A stretch of DNA of 64,000 nucleotides from an uncultured Bdellovibrio sp. (GCA_963932905.1 CAWVRN010000007.1:1-64000), one strand, 5' to 3'; shown: positions 39,337 through 49,583, counted from the stretch's first letter. Program-made: numbers and translations. The notes: generated by a model from the letters alone, not told the origin.

Positions 39337-40065
39337 TTAGTGAATAGAAGTTAATTTATATTTTTTGGCAAAATCTTTATACCAATCATCGTTATATAAT
39401 TTTTTACCTGGATTCTGCTGAAGTTCTTTGCGTAACTTCATATAGATGTCGTAATACTTCCACGCTTTAGTGCCATCTTTATCTTCATGATGGTCAGGAC
39501 GCAGTTTAAGATCCCCTGTCGCCATCAATACACGTTGAACTTCTGGATTCTGATCGATCTTAGCACGGGTTGCCGCTTCGATAATTTCATAATAAGCGTC
39601 CGCGTGTTGACCTTTGTATTCTATTCTATTTCCATGAAAAGACACCCACGTGATTCCTTTGTCTTTCATAATGGTTTCGGCAGCCTTACCAGCATTCAAA
39701 GCATCAAATGCCGTCAAACCTTCAACGACTTCGCGTTTGTTCGGCCATACTTTATTAACATTCATACGATGATCTTTCCCATCTTCAGGAAACTTCATGG
39801 ATTGCCATAAACCTTCCACACTGGCGTACTTTCTATTTAGCATTGTAAACGGAGTGGCTGAAAAATTGGACATAATCCCTAATTCATTACGCTTAGAAAT
39901 AACTACTTCGTTCGTCTCTTTAGAAGCTGCTTGTGGCAGGATTTCCCAGCTAGGAACTACCTTATCCGTCACCGGTTTCCACCACAAATCAGGGTACGCT
40001 GTTTGCGCCGCTATAGTCGTCAAACTAACTAACAACGTTGTAACTAAACCAGCTAATACCTTCAT
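39337..40065 (-). CDS. NADAR (DUF1768/YbiA-like) family protein with N-terminal signal peptide
   Basis: MSNFSATPF....YASVEGLWQSMKF, RAKIDQNP.V..VLMATGD and MKLRKEL; N-terminus MKVLAGLVTTLLVSLTTIAA; SD AGGAG. Confidence 0.8.
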   Translation of the reverse strand: MKVLAGLVTTLLVSLTTIAAQTAYPDLWWKPVTDKVVPSWEILPQAASKETNEVVISKRNELGIMSNFSATPFTMLNRKYASVEGLWQSMKFPEDGKDHRMNVNKVWPNKREVVEGLTAFDALNAGKAAETIMKDKGITWVSFHGNRIEYKGQHADAYYEIIEAATRAKIDQNPEVQRVLMATGDLKLRPDHHEDKDGTKAWKYYDIYMKLRKELQQNPGKKLYNDDWYKDFAKKYKLTSIH

Positions 40066-40077
40066 AGGAGACTCCTA

Positions 40078-40473
40078 CTATTTTTTATCTTTCTCGTTCA
40101 ATATCATTGTGTCGACAACGGCTTTAGATTCATAAGCCTTATCCGACTTAAATCCGCGAATTTTTTTCGAAGACGATTCATCACGATCTAATTGTTCTTT
40201 CATATCGATAGTAACATCACCAAAGCAATACACTTGGCAAGAAAGACGTCGACCATCAAGGAAGTAATTGGTTCCCACGATGTTCAATTCAGTACGCGTA
40301 GGAGGATTAATATTGTTCTCCCCCTCTACGATCTTAATACGGCATTCGGCGCAACTTGGGACACCTTTGCAGATTGATTTAATCGGAATGTTGTTAGCCC
40401 AAGCAATCTCAAGCAAACTTTTTTCCGAATTCGTATCTATCGTGATGTCTTGTGGAAGAAACTTTATTTTCAT
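40078..40473 (-). CDS. 2Fe-2S ferredoxin-type protein
   Basis: [12 protein letters not shown] ... RLSCQ. Confidence 0.9.
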   Translation of the reverse strand: MKIKFLPQDITIDTNSEKSLLEIAWANNIPIKSICKGVPSCAECRIKIVEGENNINPPTRTELNIVGTNYFLDGRRLSCQVYCFGDVTIDMKEQLDRDESSSKKIRGFKSDKAYESKAVVDTMILNEKDKK

Positions 40474-41705
40474 GCTTTCTCCACGATAACTTTAAGGAAT
40501 TTTTTCTTGCCGGCTTTTAAAATAAATTCTTTACCTGCTTCTAGATCAATTCGGATTTTTGAATTAGACACTTTTTCACTATCGATACTTACACCGCCAC
40601 CTTCAATCAAACGAGTCGCTTCCGAATTCGTTTGCGTGATCCCAAGCTGAGTCATCAGTTGATTAAGAGCAACATCCTTAGCTGGTTTAACCGCTTTCTC
40701 TTCAATCGTGTCCGGTAGACCTTTTTGAACGAAAATGCGATTAAACTCATCTTCGGCATTTTGCGCATCACTCGCCGAATGAAAGCGCGCAACCAAAAAT
40801 TTAGCTAAATCTACTTTAACCTGACGAGGGTGTTTGTTACCGCTCTTCACGTCTTTCTTCAGCTGTTCCAATTGCGTTGGTGAAATATCAGAAAGCAATT
40901 CGTAATAACGGTACATCAATTCATCTGACACACGCATCGTTTTACCGAACATATCCTTAGGCGTATCCACAACAGAAATGTAGTTGTCTAACGATTTAGA
41001 CATTTTATTAACACCATCTAAACCTTCAAGGATGGGCATAGTTAAAATGCACTGAGGTTCTTGCTGGTATTGAGATTGTAAATCACGACCGACTAGCAAA
41101 TTAAACTTCTGATCGGTTCCACCCAGTTCCACATCTGATTTCAAAGCGACCGAATCGTAACCTTGAGTCAGGGGGTACAGCAATTCATGTACGGCAATTG
41201 GCGTGTGATTTTTCAAACGGTTCGAAAAATCATCACGTTCCAAAATGCGTGCTACTGTGTAGCGTGAAGCCAGACGAATAAAATCAATTGATGTCATCGG
41301 CGCTAGCCATTTGGAATTGTATACGATCTCGGTTTTTTCAGGATCTAAGATTTTAAAAATCTGCTTAGCATACGTCTTTGCATTCTCTTCGATTTGCTCA
41401 CGGCTCAAGATAGGGCGAGTCGTGTTCTTACCCGATGGATCGCCAATCAATGCCGTGAAATCACCAATCAAGAAATGAATGTGATGACCTAAATCTTGGA
41501 ATGTTTTTAATTTATTAATAACAACAGTATGGCCAATGTGAATATCCGGACGCGTAGGATCCGCACCAAACTTGATCAACAAAGGCTTCTTAGTTTCAAC
41601 ACTGCGTTTCAACTTCTTCAGCATGTCTTCTTTAGAAATTAAATCAACGGTACCGAAACCAATGCGTTCTAATTGTTCTTCTGGTTTTAAACCCAACAAA
41701 CTCAT
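40470..41705 (-). CDS. tyrS: Tyrosine--tRNA ligase
   Basis: [26 protein letters not shown] and C-terminal S4 domain (AGKKKF). Confidence 0.97.
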   Translation of the reverse strand: MSLLGLKPEEQLERIGFGTVDLISKEDMLKKLKRSVETKKPLLIKFGADPTRPDIHIGHTVVINKLKTFQDLGHHIHFLIGDFTALIGDPSGKNTTRPILSREQIEENAKTYAKQIFKILDPEKTEIVYNSKWLAPMTSIDFIRLASRYTVARILERDDFSNRLKNHTPIAVHELLYPLTQGYDSVALKSDVELGGTDQKFNLLVGRDLQSQYQQEPQCILTMPILEGLDGVNKMSKSLDNYISVVDTPKDMFGKTMRVSDELMYRYYELLSDISPTQLEQLKKDVKSGNKHPRQVKVDLAKFLVARFHSASDAQNAEDEFNRIFVQKGLPDTIEEKAVKPAKDVALNQLMTQLGITQTNSEATRLIEGGGVSIDSEKVSNSKIRIDLEAGKEFILKAGKKKFLKVIVEKA

Positions 41706-41708
41706 GGA

Positions 41709-43274
41709 CTACCTGGCCATATCAATCGAACGAGTTTCGCGTACAACTGTGACTTTAGTTGAACCCAAATGAGGCAGCTCGCGCTCTACCTTACGGGCGA
41801 TATCACGTGATAATAGAACCGCCAAGTCATCTGTTACTTTTGCACTTTCAACTAGAACGCGAATTTCACGGCCAGCCTGAATTGCAAATGTTTTAAGAAC
41901 ACCTTCAAAACTATTACCGATCGATTCAAGATCTTGTAGACGGTGAATGTAATTATCCATTTGCGGTCGACGGGCACCGGGACGGGAATGCGACAATATA
42001 TTGGCTGCATGAATGATCCAAGCTAGCACTGAGTTTGGTTTTTCATCATCATGATGAGAACGAATCGCATGACATACATCTTCGGATTCACCATATTTTT
42101 TAGCCCACTCAGCCCCAACGATAGAATGGCTGCCTTCAACTGCATGATCGATCGCTTTACCAATATCGTGCAGAAGACCCGCACGCTTCGCTAATTTAGG
42201 ATTTACGCCTAATTCAGATGCCAGCAACCCAGCTATGTAGGCCACTTCCATCGAATGATTCAATACATTCTGTGCTTGCGACATTCTGTATTTCAACGAA
42301 CCTACCAACTTTACCAATTCCGGATGAACTTGGTTTAAACCTAATTCAACCACCACTTGATCACCCGCCTCACGGATAGATTTCATAATTTCAGCTTTTT
42401 GTTTTTCAACGACTTCTTCGATACGAGCCGGATGCACGCGGCCATCTTCCATTAATTTTTCGATCGTGCGTTTTGCGATCTCACGACGAATTGGATCAAA
42501 GCCCGAAATAACGACAGCTTCCGGTGTATCATCCACGATTAAATCAACACCGCAAAGTGCTTCCAACGTGCGGATGTTACGACCTTCACGACCGATGATT
42601 TTACCTTTCATTTCGTCATTCTGAAGGGCTAGCACGCTAACCGTTCTTTCCGAAGTGTACTCGGCTGCGAATCGCGACAAGGCTGTTGCAATTGTTTTCT
42701 TTGCACGCAACTGTGATTCGCGTTGAGTTTCTTGTTCGATCTCAGAAATACGTTTAGCCGCTTCTGCTTTCGCTTCTTCTTCTAACGAAGAAATCAATTC
42801 CCGCTTAGCCTGCTCCTGTGTCATCTGTGCCACTGTTTGCAATTTATTTTTTAGATTATTTAGTTCTTCTTCCGATTTCTTGTCTTGATCGGCCAGTTTC
42901 TGTTCCTGAACTTTTAGTTTCTCTTCGCGGTCTTTTAATTGACCCATAAAACGATCATTGTCGTCTTTGCTTTTGCGACTTTGATCATCCAGTTCTTTTA
43001 ATTTTTTTTCCAGCTGCTGCTCTTTTGTGCGCATACCATTTTTTTGCTTTTGAATTTCAGCTTCTAGATTTTTGCGTGAACGAGCTTCAAAATCTTTAGA
43101 CTTTGCTTCTGAGTCTTTCTTGATTTTGTTTGCTTCATTTTTTGCTTTACTTAGAATTTTCTCAGCTTCAATACGCGCTGATTTTTTCTGAATTTCATCT
43201 TTGTATTTTTTTACAAAGAAAACGGCGGCACCGCCCACGATCAATCCGATGATGACCGAAATCACTATTTCCAT
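41709..43274 (-). CDS. rny: Ribonuclease Y
   Basis: N-terminal TM, coiled coil, KH motif GKIIGREGRN, HD motif LLHDIGK, RPGAR and VTVVRE. Confidence 0.97.
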   Translation of the reverse strand: MEIVISVIIGLIVGGAAVFFVKKYKDEIQKKSARIEAEKILSKAKNEANKIKKDSEAKSKDFEARSRKNLEAEIQKQKNGMRTKEQQLEKKLKELDDQSRKSKDDNDRFMGQLKDREEKLKVQEQKLADQDKKSEEELNNLKNKLQTVAQMTQEQAKRELISSLEEEAKAEAAKRISEIEQETQRESQLRAKKTIATALSRFAAEYTSERTVSVLALQNDEMKGKIIGREGRNIRTLEALCGVDLIVDDTPEAVVISGFDPIRREIAKRTIEKLMEDGRVHPARIEEVVEKQKAEIMKSIREAGDQVVVELGLNQVHPELVKLVGSLKYRMSQAQNVLNHSMEVAYIAGLLASELGVNPKLAKRAGLLHDIGKAIDHAVEGSHSIVGAEWAKKYGESEDVCHAIRSHHDDEKPNSVLAWIIHAANILSHSRPGARRPQMDNYIHRLQDLESIGNSFEGVLKTFAIQAGREIRVLVESAKVTDDLAVLLSRDIARKVERELPHLGSTKVTVVRETRSIDMAR

Positions 43275-43290
43275 TTCAACCCTCTATTTC

Positions 43291-43920
43291 CTAAACACTT
43301 AGTTTCCGCACATCAATGCACTTAGTTTCAGTGATAATATAATCCATTTTGATGTCCCAACTGTCTGTAGGAAGCGAAGCTTCACTTAACTGACAATCAA
43401 AACAAACTCCAACTTTTAAACCTTTAAAATTTTTCAAATAACGATCGTAGAACCCTTTACCACGACCAACACGTTCCCCACTCAAACTAAATCCAAGCCC
43501 AGGGATCAACATAAGCTGAATATCAGATGCCGGAACGACTTCGACAGACGATGGATGTGAAAATCCCAACGAAGACACGACCCATTTTTCAGCCGCGTAA
43601 TTAGCTACAGACGTAAATTCCATAACCCCATCAACAGCCGTCAGTTTAGGGAACACAAGAGAACACGACGTAGAATGATAAAACGAAGCCAGATCCACTT
43701 CGTCGGAAAGGGCATTAAACCCAGCCACACAAACCGCAGCCGCCCCTGACAAAGGAGCCATCTCAGAAATCGTCAAATTAGAAATTAAATTCTGAAGAGC
43801 CAAAACAATACGCTCTTGAGCCGCCGCCCGAAGGGTCGGCACCTGAACAAAAACCCGAGCCCGCTCTTTAAGCTCTTTACGAACCGAAGCCTTAGTAGAA
43901 AGAGAAACACCAGATATCAA
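43291..43920 (-). CDS. 5-formyltetrahydrofolate cyclo-ligase (YgfA family)
   Basis: K..VRK, IPGLGF..SGERVGRGKGFYDRYL and WDIKMDYIITE. Start uncertain; TTG 43920 is preferred. Confidence 0.9.
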   Translation of the reverse strand: MISGVSLSTKASVRKELKERARVFVQVPTLRAAAQERIVLALQNLISNLTISEMAPLSGAAAVCVAGFNALSDEVDLASFYHSTSCSLVFPKLTAVDGVMEFTSVANYAAEKWVVSSLGFSHPSSVEVVPASDIQLMLIPGLGFSLSGERVGRGKGFYDRYLKNFKGLKVGVCFDCQLSEASLPTDSWDIKMDYIITETKCIDVRKLSV

Positions 43921-43983
43921 AGAAACCCCAAAAGAAAGTTGTTCCCAAGAAAAGGGCGGCCGAAGGCACGCCAAAACATCCTA

Positions 43984-44108
43984 TGAAAGTTCTAAAGGCG
44001 GCATATGCAAGGCGGACAATGCGAAAAAGCGCGAAGGCGTGGCAGCGCCACGTCGGAGCGATTTTTCGTGTTGTCCAACGCTGTCAGATGACGGCTTTAG
44101 GACTTTCA
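43984..44108. repeat. 125-bp imperfect palindrome (structured element A) between zapA and ygfA
   Basis: Outer arms TGAAAGTTCTAAAGGCGGCAT / ATGACGGCTTTAGGACTTTCA (18/21 complementary); inner arms GGACAATGCGAAAAAGCGC / GCGATTTTTCGTGTTGTCC; apex CGTGGC-AGC-GCCACG. Confidence 0.85.
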
Positions 44109-44110
44109 CA

Positions 44111-44458
44111 CTACTTCTTGGAGTTTTCGATATCTACGGAGAGCTTCAAGACGCGTTCTTCTATTTTTTCTAGTTCGCGGTGTGCCTTACGTTTCAATAA
44201 AATCAATTCTTCGGCTAAATTAAGCGCAGTTAGAACAGCTGCGTTTTGATAAGAACCATGTTTTGTTAATGCCAGAGATTCTTCCATCTTTTTATTGATA
44301 AAGGCGACCAACTCTTGAACTGTTGCGTCATCATGATTGGTTTTAAGACGATAAGGGATGCCAGCAATCAAAAATTCATAGGCCCGCGCCTCGACAGGCC
44401 GCGCCTCTTTAGAGCTCCCTTTAGATCCTTTAACCAAATCATTTTCAGAGTGAATCAT
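44111..44458 (-). CDS. zapA: Cell division protein ZapA
   Basis: IAGIPYRLK...VQELVAFINKKM...AAVLTALNLAEEL; synteny with ygfA-rny. Confidence 0.88.
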   Translation of the reverse strand: MIHSENDLVKGSKGSSKEARPVEARAYEFLIAGIPYRLKTNHDDATVQELVAFINKKMEESLALTKHGSYQNAAVLTALNLAEELILLKRKAHRELEKIEERVLKLSVDIENSKK

Positions 44459-44528
44459 TATTCAACCTTCTTAGATATTCGAAAACTTAGAAATAATTAT
44501 ATATTCTAAATGTTTAATGTCCATCAAT

Positions 44529-45125
44529 TTATCGTTTCAAGCACAAACAAAGAACGCCTTGGTCCTTCTTGTTTTCACACTTCAGCTGAACCTTGCCACC
44601 ACCGTGGTTAAGATCGAGTTCCTCAACGGAATCATTGCTAGTTTTGTAGGACATTTCAGTTTTGTTTGGCTTCGTGTCAAGCCACAACGACTCATCCTCA
44701 AGGATCTTCACATCCAAAAGGTACTTTTGCGGAACTTCCTTAACTGGATTTTTAAATTTGTCCTTCGTGATAGGAACGATCTCGGCAACGTCATCCTTAT
44801 CTAACTTTTCCAAATAATAATCATATTGTGGTGTACCCTTAACCCACTTTTGCAAACTGATCGTCAAACGATATGATTCTGGACCTAGCTTCGCGTCTGT
44901 GTACAAAACGCGGCGGTAACGCAAAACAGATTTTACCGTCGGATGTTTTTGATCGATATCTTTTTTCAAAATATTCAAATCAACTTTGAATTCCATCTTT
45001 TCATTTTCAAGCTCGGAATAGCATTGAACAATATTTTGATAAGAAATAGATGGCAGTTTTTTACTCTTTGACTGAGCGAACACACTCGCAGATAAAGATA
45101 AAAATAGAAAACTCCACATGATCAT
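44529..45125 (-). CDS. Secreted hypothetical protein
   Basis: Signal peptide ending VFA-Q; C-terminal C..CLC. Confidence 0.75.
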   Translation of the reverse strand: MIMWSFLFLSLSASVFAQSKSKKLPSISYQNIVQCYSELENEKMEFKVDLNILKKDIDQKHPTVKSVLRYRRVLYTDAKLGPESYRLTISLQKWVKGTPQYDYYLEKLDKDDVAEIVPITKDKFKNPVKEVPQKYLLDVKILEDESLWLDTKPNKTEMSYKTSNDSVEELDLNHGGGKVQLKCENKKDQGVLCLCLKR

Positions 45126-45197
45126 CTACCCATACTGGCAGCAACGTAAAGACCTTGTCCACAAAATTATGAATGTATCATTTTGATACAAAGCCGG

Positions 45198-45212
45198 TGG
45201 TCCTATCGTTGC
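45198..45212 (+). promoter_or_regulatory. Sigma54 (-24/-12) promoter candidate
   Basis: TGGTCCTATCGTTGC (GG-N10-GC with TTGC), 14 bp before ATG 45227 and preceded by the perfect palindrome TGTATCA-TTT-TGATACA. Confidence 0.6.
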
Positions 45213-45226
45213 TCTGAAAGTTAAAT

Positions 45227-46525
45227 ATGAGAAATCTAATCTTTGTTTTATATTTTATTGGTGTTTACCAAGCCTCTGCGGAAATGAACAACCAAGACAT
45301 AAACATGTGTCGACATTTTTACGCCTCTTCTAAACTTCGCTTCCCTGTTTTTAAAATTTTTGATTCTAAACTCTACGGTGAAGTGGCTAATCAAGAACAC
45401 TTTATCACTCTAAAAGAAAAGGCCGACAAAATCGCTAATGGTGAGTTGAACTATTCTAGAAGTGAGAATTGGATGATCAGGCATGCCTATTTGATGACCG
45501 AACAAATTAGACTGTTCAAATTTTTAGCTCAAGGGAATCTTCAAAATATAGATCAAAATACAGTCTGGCGCTTTCATGCCTCCTATTCACGAATTATGGA
45601 AGCCATACCTTACCTTATCAAACAGAAGAGAAGCTTCGCCGAAATTCACTATAAACAGTTTTTTAAAATTCTAGACGATTACCGCGCCGCCATTGCGGAA
45701 ACGAATATATTTTCTAAATTTGAAGGACTAGGTTTCACTTTAGTTCCTAGAGCTAACGAGACTATTAAAGATTCTTTGTCAGCCAACGACAGAGATAAAA
45801 TTGATCTGCTAAGATTATACGTCGCTACGATCAGAATCGATAACTCACTCATGGCAGACTCCAGCATAGTAGAAAAGGCATTCTATTTTGCCGTAAGCGG
45901 TTTTAAAAAAAGCACACTATTGCCTTCGTTTTTTACTGAATTAAATTCCTTTCTTGAACACTTACATGAAGAGTATACACTTGGTCGAACAAATGTGACT
46001 AAGGTCACTCAACTTCTTGAAGATATCGACACACTCATAAAATCCGGTGACTTTCAAAAGGTTTACAAATTAAAGAAAAGCACATCTGCAATACACCAAC
46101 AAATTGCTAAATTCTATCGACTTAAAGTTCAGTTTGAAAATGCTGTCACCTATACAAAAAAATCATTTTTAGAGGCCGTTCCATCAGAAAAAGACAGCGT
46201 ATATAAACCGATCACGAATGAACTGATCGCTGACTACAACAAAGAATTTGAAGCAGGAATGCGCACACCTTCATTCTTATACAAAACAGGTGCGTCAATC
46301 AAAAAACTAGAAAAACAACTAAAAGAAAACCCAGCATTCGAGGATCCCGAAACTAACGTGGCAAACCTAAATGCGTTGCTTGCCAGATACAATTTATTAT
46401 TAAATCATTATCCAAAAAACTTTTTTACTGGATTTTTCAGTCCCTATCGCAAAGAAGAAATCAAACAGGTCATCGAAAGCCGAAAGAGTGTTGAATCGAT
46501 CCGCAGTCTACTAAAAGACAAATAA
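45227..46525 (+). CDS. Secreted helical hypothetical protein
   Basis: Signal peptide ending ASA-E; 432 aa. Confidence 0.75.
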   Translation: MRNLIFVLYFIGVYQASAEMNNQDINMCRHFYASSKLRFPVFKIFDSKLYGEVANQEHFITLKEKADKIANGELNYSRSENWMIRHAYLMTEQIRLFKFLAQGNLQNIDQNTVWRFHASYSRIMEAIPYLIKQKRSFAEIHYKQFFKILDDYRAAIAETNIFSKFEGLGFTLVPRANETIKDSLSANDRDKIDLLRLYVATIRIDNSLMADSSIVEKAFYFAVSGFKKSTLLPSFFTELNSFLEHLHEEYTLGRTNVTKVTQLLEDIDTLIKSGDFQKVYKLKKSTSAIHQQIAKFYRLKVQFENAVTYTKKSFLEAVPSEKDSVYKPITNELIADYNKEFEAGMRTPSFLYKTGASIKKLEKQLKENPAFEDPETNVANLNALLARYNLLLNHYPKNFFTGFFSPYRKEEIKQVIESRKSVESIRSLLKDK

Positions 46526-46526
46526 T

Positions 46527-47114
46527 TTATTTACATTCAGATAGGTCCCAGCACTGGGACCCTTGTTGATCTAGAACTTTGCAAAGTTGGCCTACGCCAT
46601 TGCTATGCACCCTAAAGTAACTGGTTTGATCAGCCACTTGCTTACGTGAACCATCCGCATCGGTGATAAAATATCGGCAGGTGTAGGTCCACTCATATTT
46701 TTGATCTGTGTGATCGATTTTATCTTCGCATTCAGGACTTAATGTTTTATCAATTTTATCGCCTTCAATAAATTCGCGACCCATTTTAAAATTCAATGCC
46801 TTTTCATCGGATTTGATTTCAAGCAGAGGTTGCTCTGTTAAGTCAGCCATGATTTTTGTTTTAGAAATTTTTGAAACTGCGTACCACACGCTATCTTTAG
46901 TATCACAAACAAATTGCCCAGGTAGCTTAATCGCCGGTTTTTCTTTAACTTCCTGAGTCTGCGCAGATGGTGCCGTATCCTTAGAGGCTGTCGACGTTTC
47001 TTTCTTTGTATCTTTCGGCGGCGTATGGGTTGAAATCGTTGCCGTTTCCGGTCGACCACCACAGGCCCCAATTACTAATGATAGCATCAGAACAATAAAT
47101 ATCTGCTTCATCAT
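46527..47114 (-). CDS. Putative lipoprotein
   Basis: IGAC lipobox, Thr/Lys/Pro linker and 6 further Cys; SD AAGGGGA. Confidence 0.75.
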   Translation of the reverse strand: MMKQIFIVLMLSLVIGACGGRPETATISTHTPPKDTKKETSTASKDTAPSAQTQEVKEKPAIKLPGQFVCDTKDSVWYAVSKISKTKIMADLTEQPLLEIKSDEKALNFKMGREFIEGDKIDKTLSPECEDKIDHTDQKYEWTYTCRYFITDADGSRKQVADQTSYFRVHSNGVGQLCKVLDQQGSQCWDLSECK

Positions 47115-47120
47115 GTCCCC

Positions 47121-49583
47121 TTAGTTTACTGCCGCCGCTTTGATCGCCACTGTTTTAGCACTTTGATCACCGCGTACTTTATATGACCCCGGAAATACTA
47201 ACACTGTCCCGCTGCCGGCCATTGGCGCTACTAACAAGCGACGCTTGTGGTTGATCTTAACACGATCTCCTGGTTTAGATAACCAAGATTGAGTGTATTC
47301 TCCATCTGAATACCTATCGGCTAACGATGCGGCACCAAAAACAAACAATCCATATAAACCTTCTGGTGATTTCGCGCCGTTATACACTTTGCAAACATCA
47401 GCAGCTTCTTCTGTCAAGCTGGCACCCTTAACCATACACAAACTATAATCAATGCGTTCGTTCATCACCTTCATGCCTAAAGACGAAATATAATAGTCAC
47501 CAAAATCATACTGAGAAAACTTCAAAGGCGATTTGGCAAAATAAAAATTTTCCATCAGAATACGCTTTTGTTCGATACCGGCATTCAAATCGTGGAACAC
47601 CCGGACTCGAGGTTCGCCAGCAAGTACATCGGGTATGTTCAATTCAGACATTTTAACTAATTTGCTTGCACGTGACGCTAACGAAATTACGTCTGCATAG
47701 ATTTGATTCTCAAAAATTGCGATATAGTCGCCGGAATCAATCGTATAGTTGACGTTGAAATCCAACGCATATTTCAGTTCACACGAATTGCGTTTGTTCT
47801 TAATGCACTTATATAACTTTACGATTTTAGAAACATGGTTACCATTCACCATTCCCAAAAATCCAATCACCGATTTGTTTTCAGGAATGGCTTGCAACGC
47901 ATCGGCAACTTCGGGTGGCCTTAAATTGTCGGTATCTTCCGTCAATGCGGAATCTTTGGATTTTAAAATTCCCGAAAGTCTAAGGTCAGAACCATAAACG
48001 TCATCAGCAAATCTCATGACGCCGTCCCCAGTGATATCCGTTGTGATGAACGTCGCATATACAGGCAGTGTTTTCTTAACTTTAATTCGAGTCGGTTGTG
48101 GATCATTCGCTGAGTTCAAACCTGCATTTATGATTTTGTTTATACCGTCCATATCGTACGCAGGTTGGTCACGCAGCAGGTACTCGGCTAAAACAAATGG
48201 CTTTTCTAAACGGATGCAGCCACTACTTAACAATCGCTGATCTTTAGAAAACAAATTTCTTTCGTTGGTGTCATGTAAATAAATTGCCCATGGATTCGTT
48301 AAGGGAAATTTAACTAATCCCAATGCATTTTCATTTCCAGAACCTTGAACGATTCGATAGTTGAAGTTATTCTTCGTTACTGCGCTCCAGTCCACTGACT
48401 CTGGGTCAACAACCGCGCCAGAACTACCATCATATAGAGTCATATTGTGATCAGATAGGTATCCTGGGTCCTGTTTTAGTTTCGGCAATTTGTCTTTTAC
48501 AGCGATACTATACGGAACAGACCACGTAGGGTTAAGCTCAACAACAGTTACCAAATCCTTCATCGTTGGCGTACGGCGAAATTTCTGTCCGTTGATAGTT
48601 TTCATCTCAATTTTCAATTGACCGTTTTCAAATAATTTAAACTCTTGAAATGCAAGATTGACGAAAATGTGGTTGGGTTCAAATTCGTCTGATAACATTC
48701 TTGCTTTTTCCATCGCTAAGAATATTTTTTCTTTCCGAAAATCTGCACTGTAACCCAAGGTTTTAACCAAATTAGCCGTGATGCCCCTTTCGCCAGTTTT
48801 GTAATACTTGTGGAACAGAGCTACGTGCTTGCTCAGGTCGTCGTCATAAATATTATCTAGAACTCCGATTTTAAATCCATAGTTGGACATTTGGATTTTA
48901 AGGTCTTTGATAAACGGATGTTCACCACCTAAAATTAATTTTTCTTTAGGCAAACTCAATGTTTTCCACGTCTCGTCCGCTTCAGCTTGTAGAACATGTG
49001 CTAATGCTGCTTTCAAAGATTTGTAGATTCTGTTTTTAGGTTCCATTTTTTGCAAAGCCGGTCGAACATCGGATGCGTCTGAAAGTGACAGCATAGTCGA
49101 GGCAAGTTCATCCCAACGATTAAATGTTTTTCTTGGCAATTTCGTATCATCATCTAAAACATAGAAATCAGCCAAACGTCCCATGTAGAGATATTTAGAC
49201 ATTTGAATCCATTTATCTGTCAGAAGAATTTCGATCCAAAATAATGTTGATGCTTTTTTTTCAGTACCTAATAACAACTGATCTAATTGAGGATCAATAA
49301 AATCAGCGGCAGCAAATCCAAACTCATTTGGATTCTTTAAAACTTCGATAAATCCAAGGGCCGCGCTAGAGAGAGCTTTGTCCTCGATCCAGATGGGTTT
49401 GTATTGATTCTTTTCATAAACCAGTTTAACGGAGTCAGCTTGAATCAAATATTTACCTAATTTTTGCAGAGATTTATCTTGAGCCGCCCATTGCTTGATG
49501 GACTCGGAAACAGTCTGCGCGTGCAGAGTCCCCATAAATAAAAACCCAAAGATTATCACCAGTCTAAACATTCGACACCCCAT
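47121..49583 (-). CDS. L,D-transpeptidase (YcbB/LdtD-like) with a long C-terminal extension
   Basis: Signal peptide, scaffold and PG-binding region, NPTWSVP, NALGLVKF and IYLHDT...SSGCIRL; about 270 extra C-terminal residues. Confidence 0.9.
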   Translation of the reverse strand: MGCRMFRLVIIFGFLFMGTLHAQTVSESIKQWAAQDKSLQKLGKYLIQADSVKLVYEKNQYKPIWIEDKALSSAALGFIEVLKNPNEFGFAAADFIDPQLDQLLLGTEKKASTLFWIEILLTDKWIQMSKYLYMGRLADFYVLDDDTKLPRKTFNRWDELASTMLSLSDASDVRPALQKMEPKNRIYKSLKAALAHVLQAEADETWKTLSLPKEKLILGGEHPFIKDLKIQMSNYGFKIGVLDNIYDDDLSKHVALFHKYYKTGERGITANLVKTLGYSADFRKEKIFLAMEKARMLSDEFEPNHIFVNLAFQEFKLFENGQLKIEMKTINGQKFRRTPTMKDLVTVVELNPTWSVPYSIAVKDKLPKLKQDPGYLSDHNMTLYDGSSGAVVDPESVDWSAVTKNNFNYRIVQGSGNENALGLVKFPLTNPWAIYLHDTNERNLFSKDQRLLSSGCIRLEKPFVLAEYLLRDQPAYDMDGINKIINAGLNSANDPQPTRIKVKKTLPVYATFITTDITGDGVMRFADDVYGSDLRLSGILKSKDSALTEDTDNLRPPEVADALQAIPENKSVIGFLGMVNGNHVSKIVKLYKCIKNKRNSCELKYALDFNVNYTIDSGDYIAIFENQIYADVISLASRASKLVKMSELNIPDVLAGEPRVRVFHDLNAGIEQKRILMENFYFAKSPLKFSQYDFGDYYISSLGMKVMNERIDYSLCMVKGASLTEEAADVCKVYNGAKSPEGLYGLFVFGAASLADRYSDGEYTQSWLSKPGDRVKINHKRRLLVAPMAGSGTVLVFPGSYKVRGDQSAKTVAIKAAAVN

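Noticed and set aside
43983..44249. 88-aa plus-strand ORF across element A and antisense to zapA
   Set aside because: By-product of the GC-rich palindrome and the zapA antisense frame; no SD or recognisable domain.
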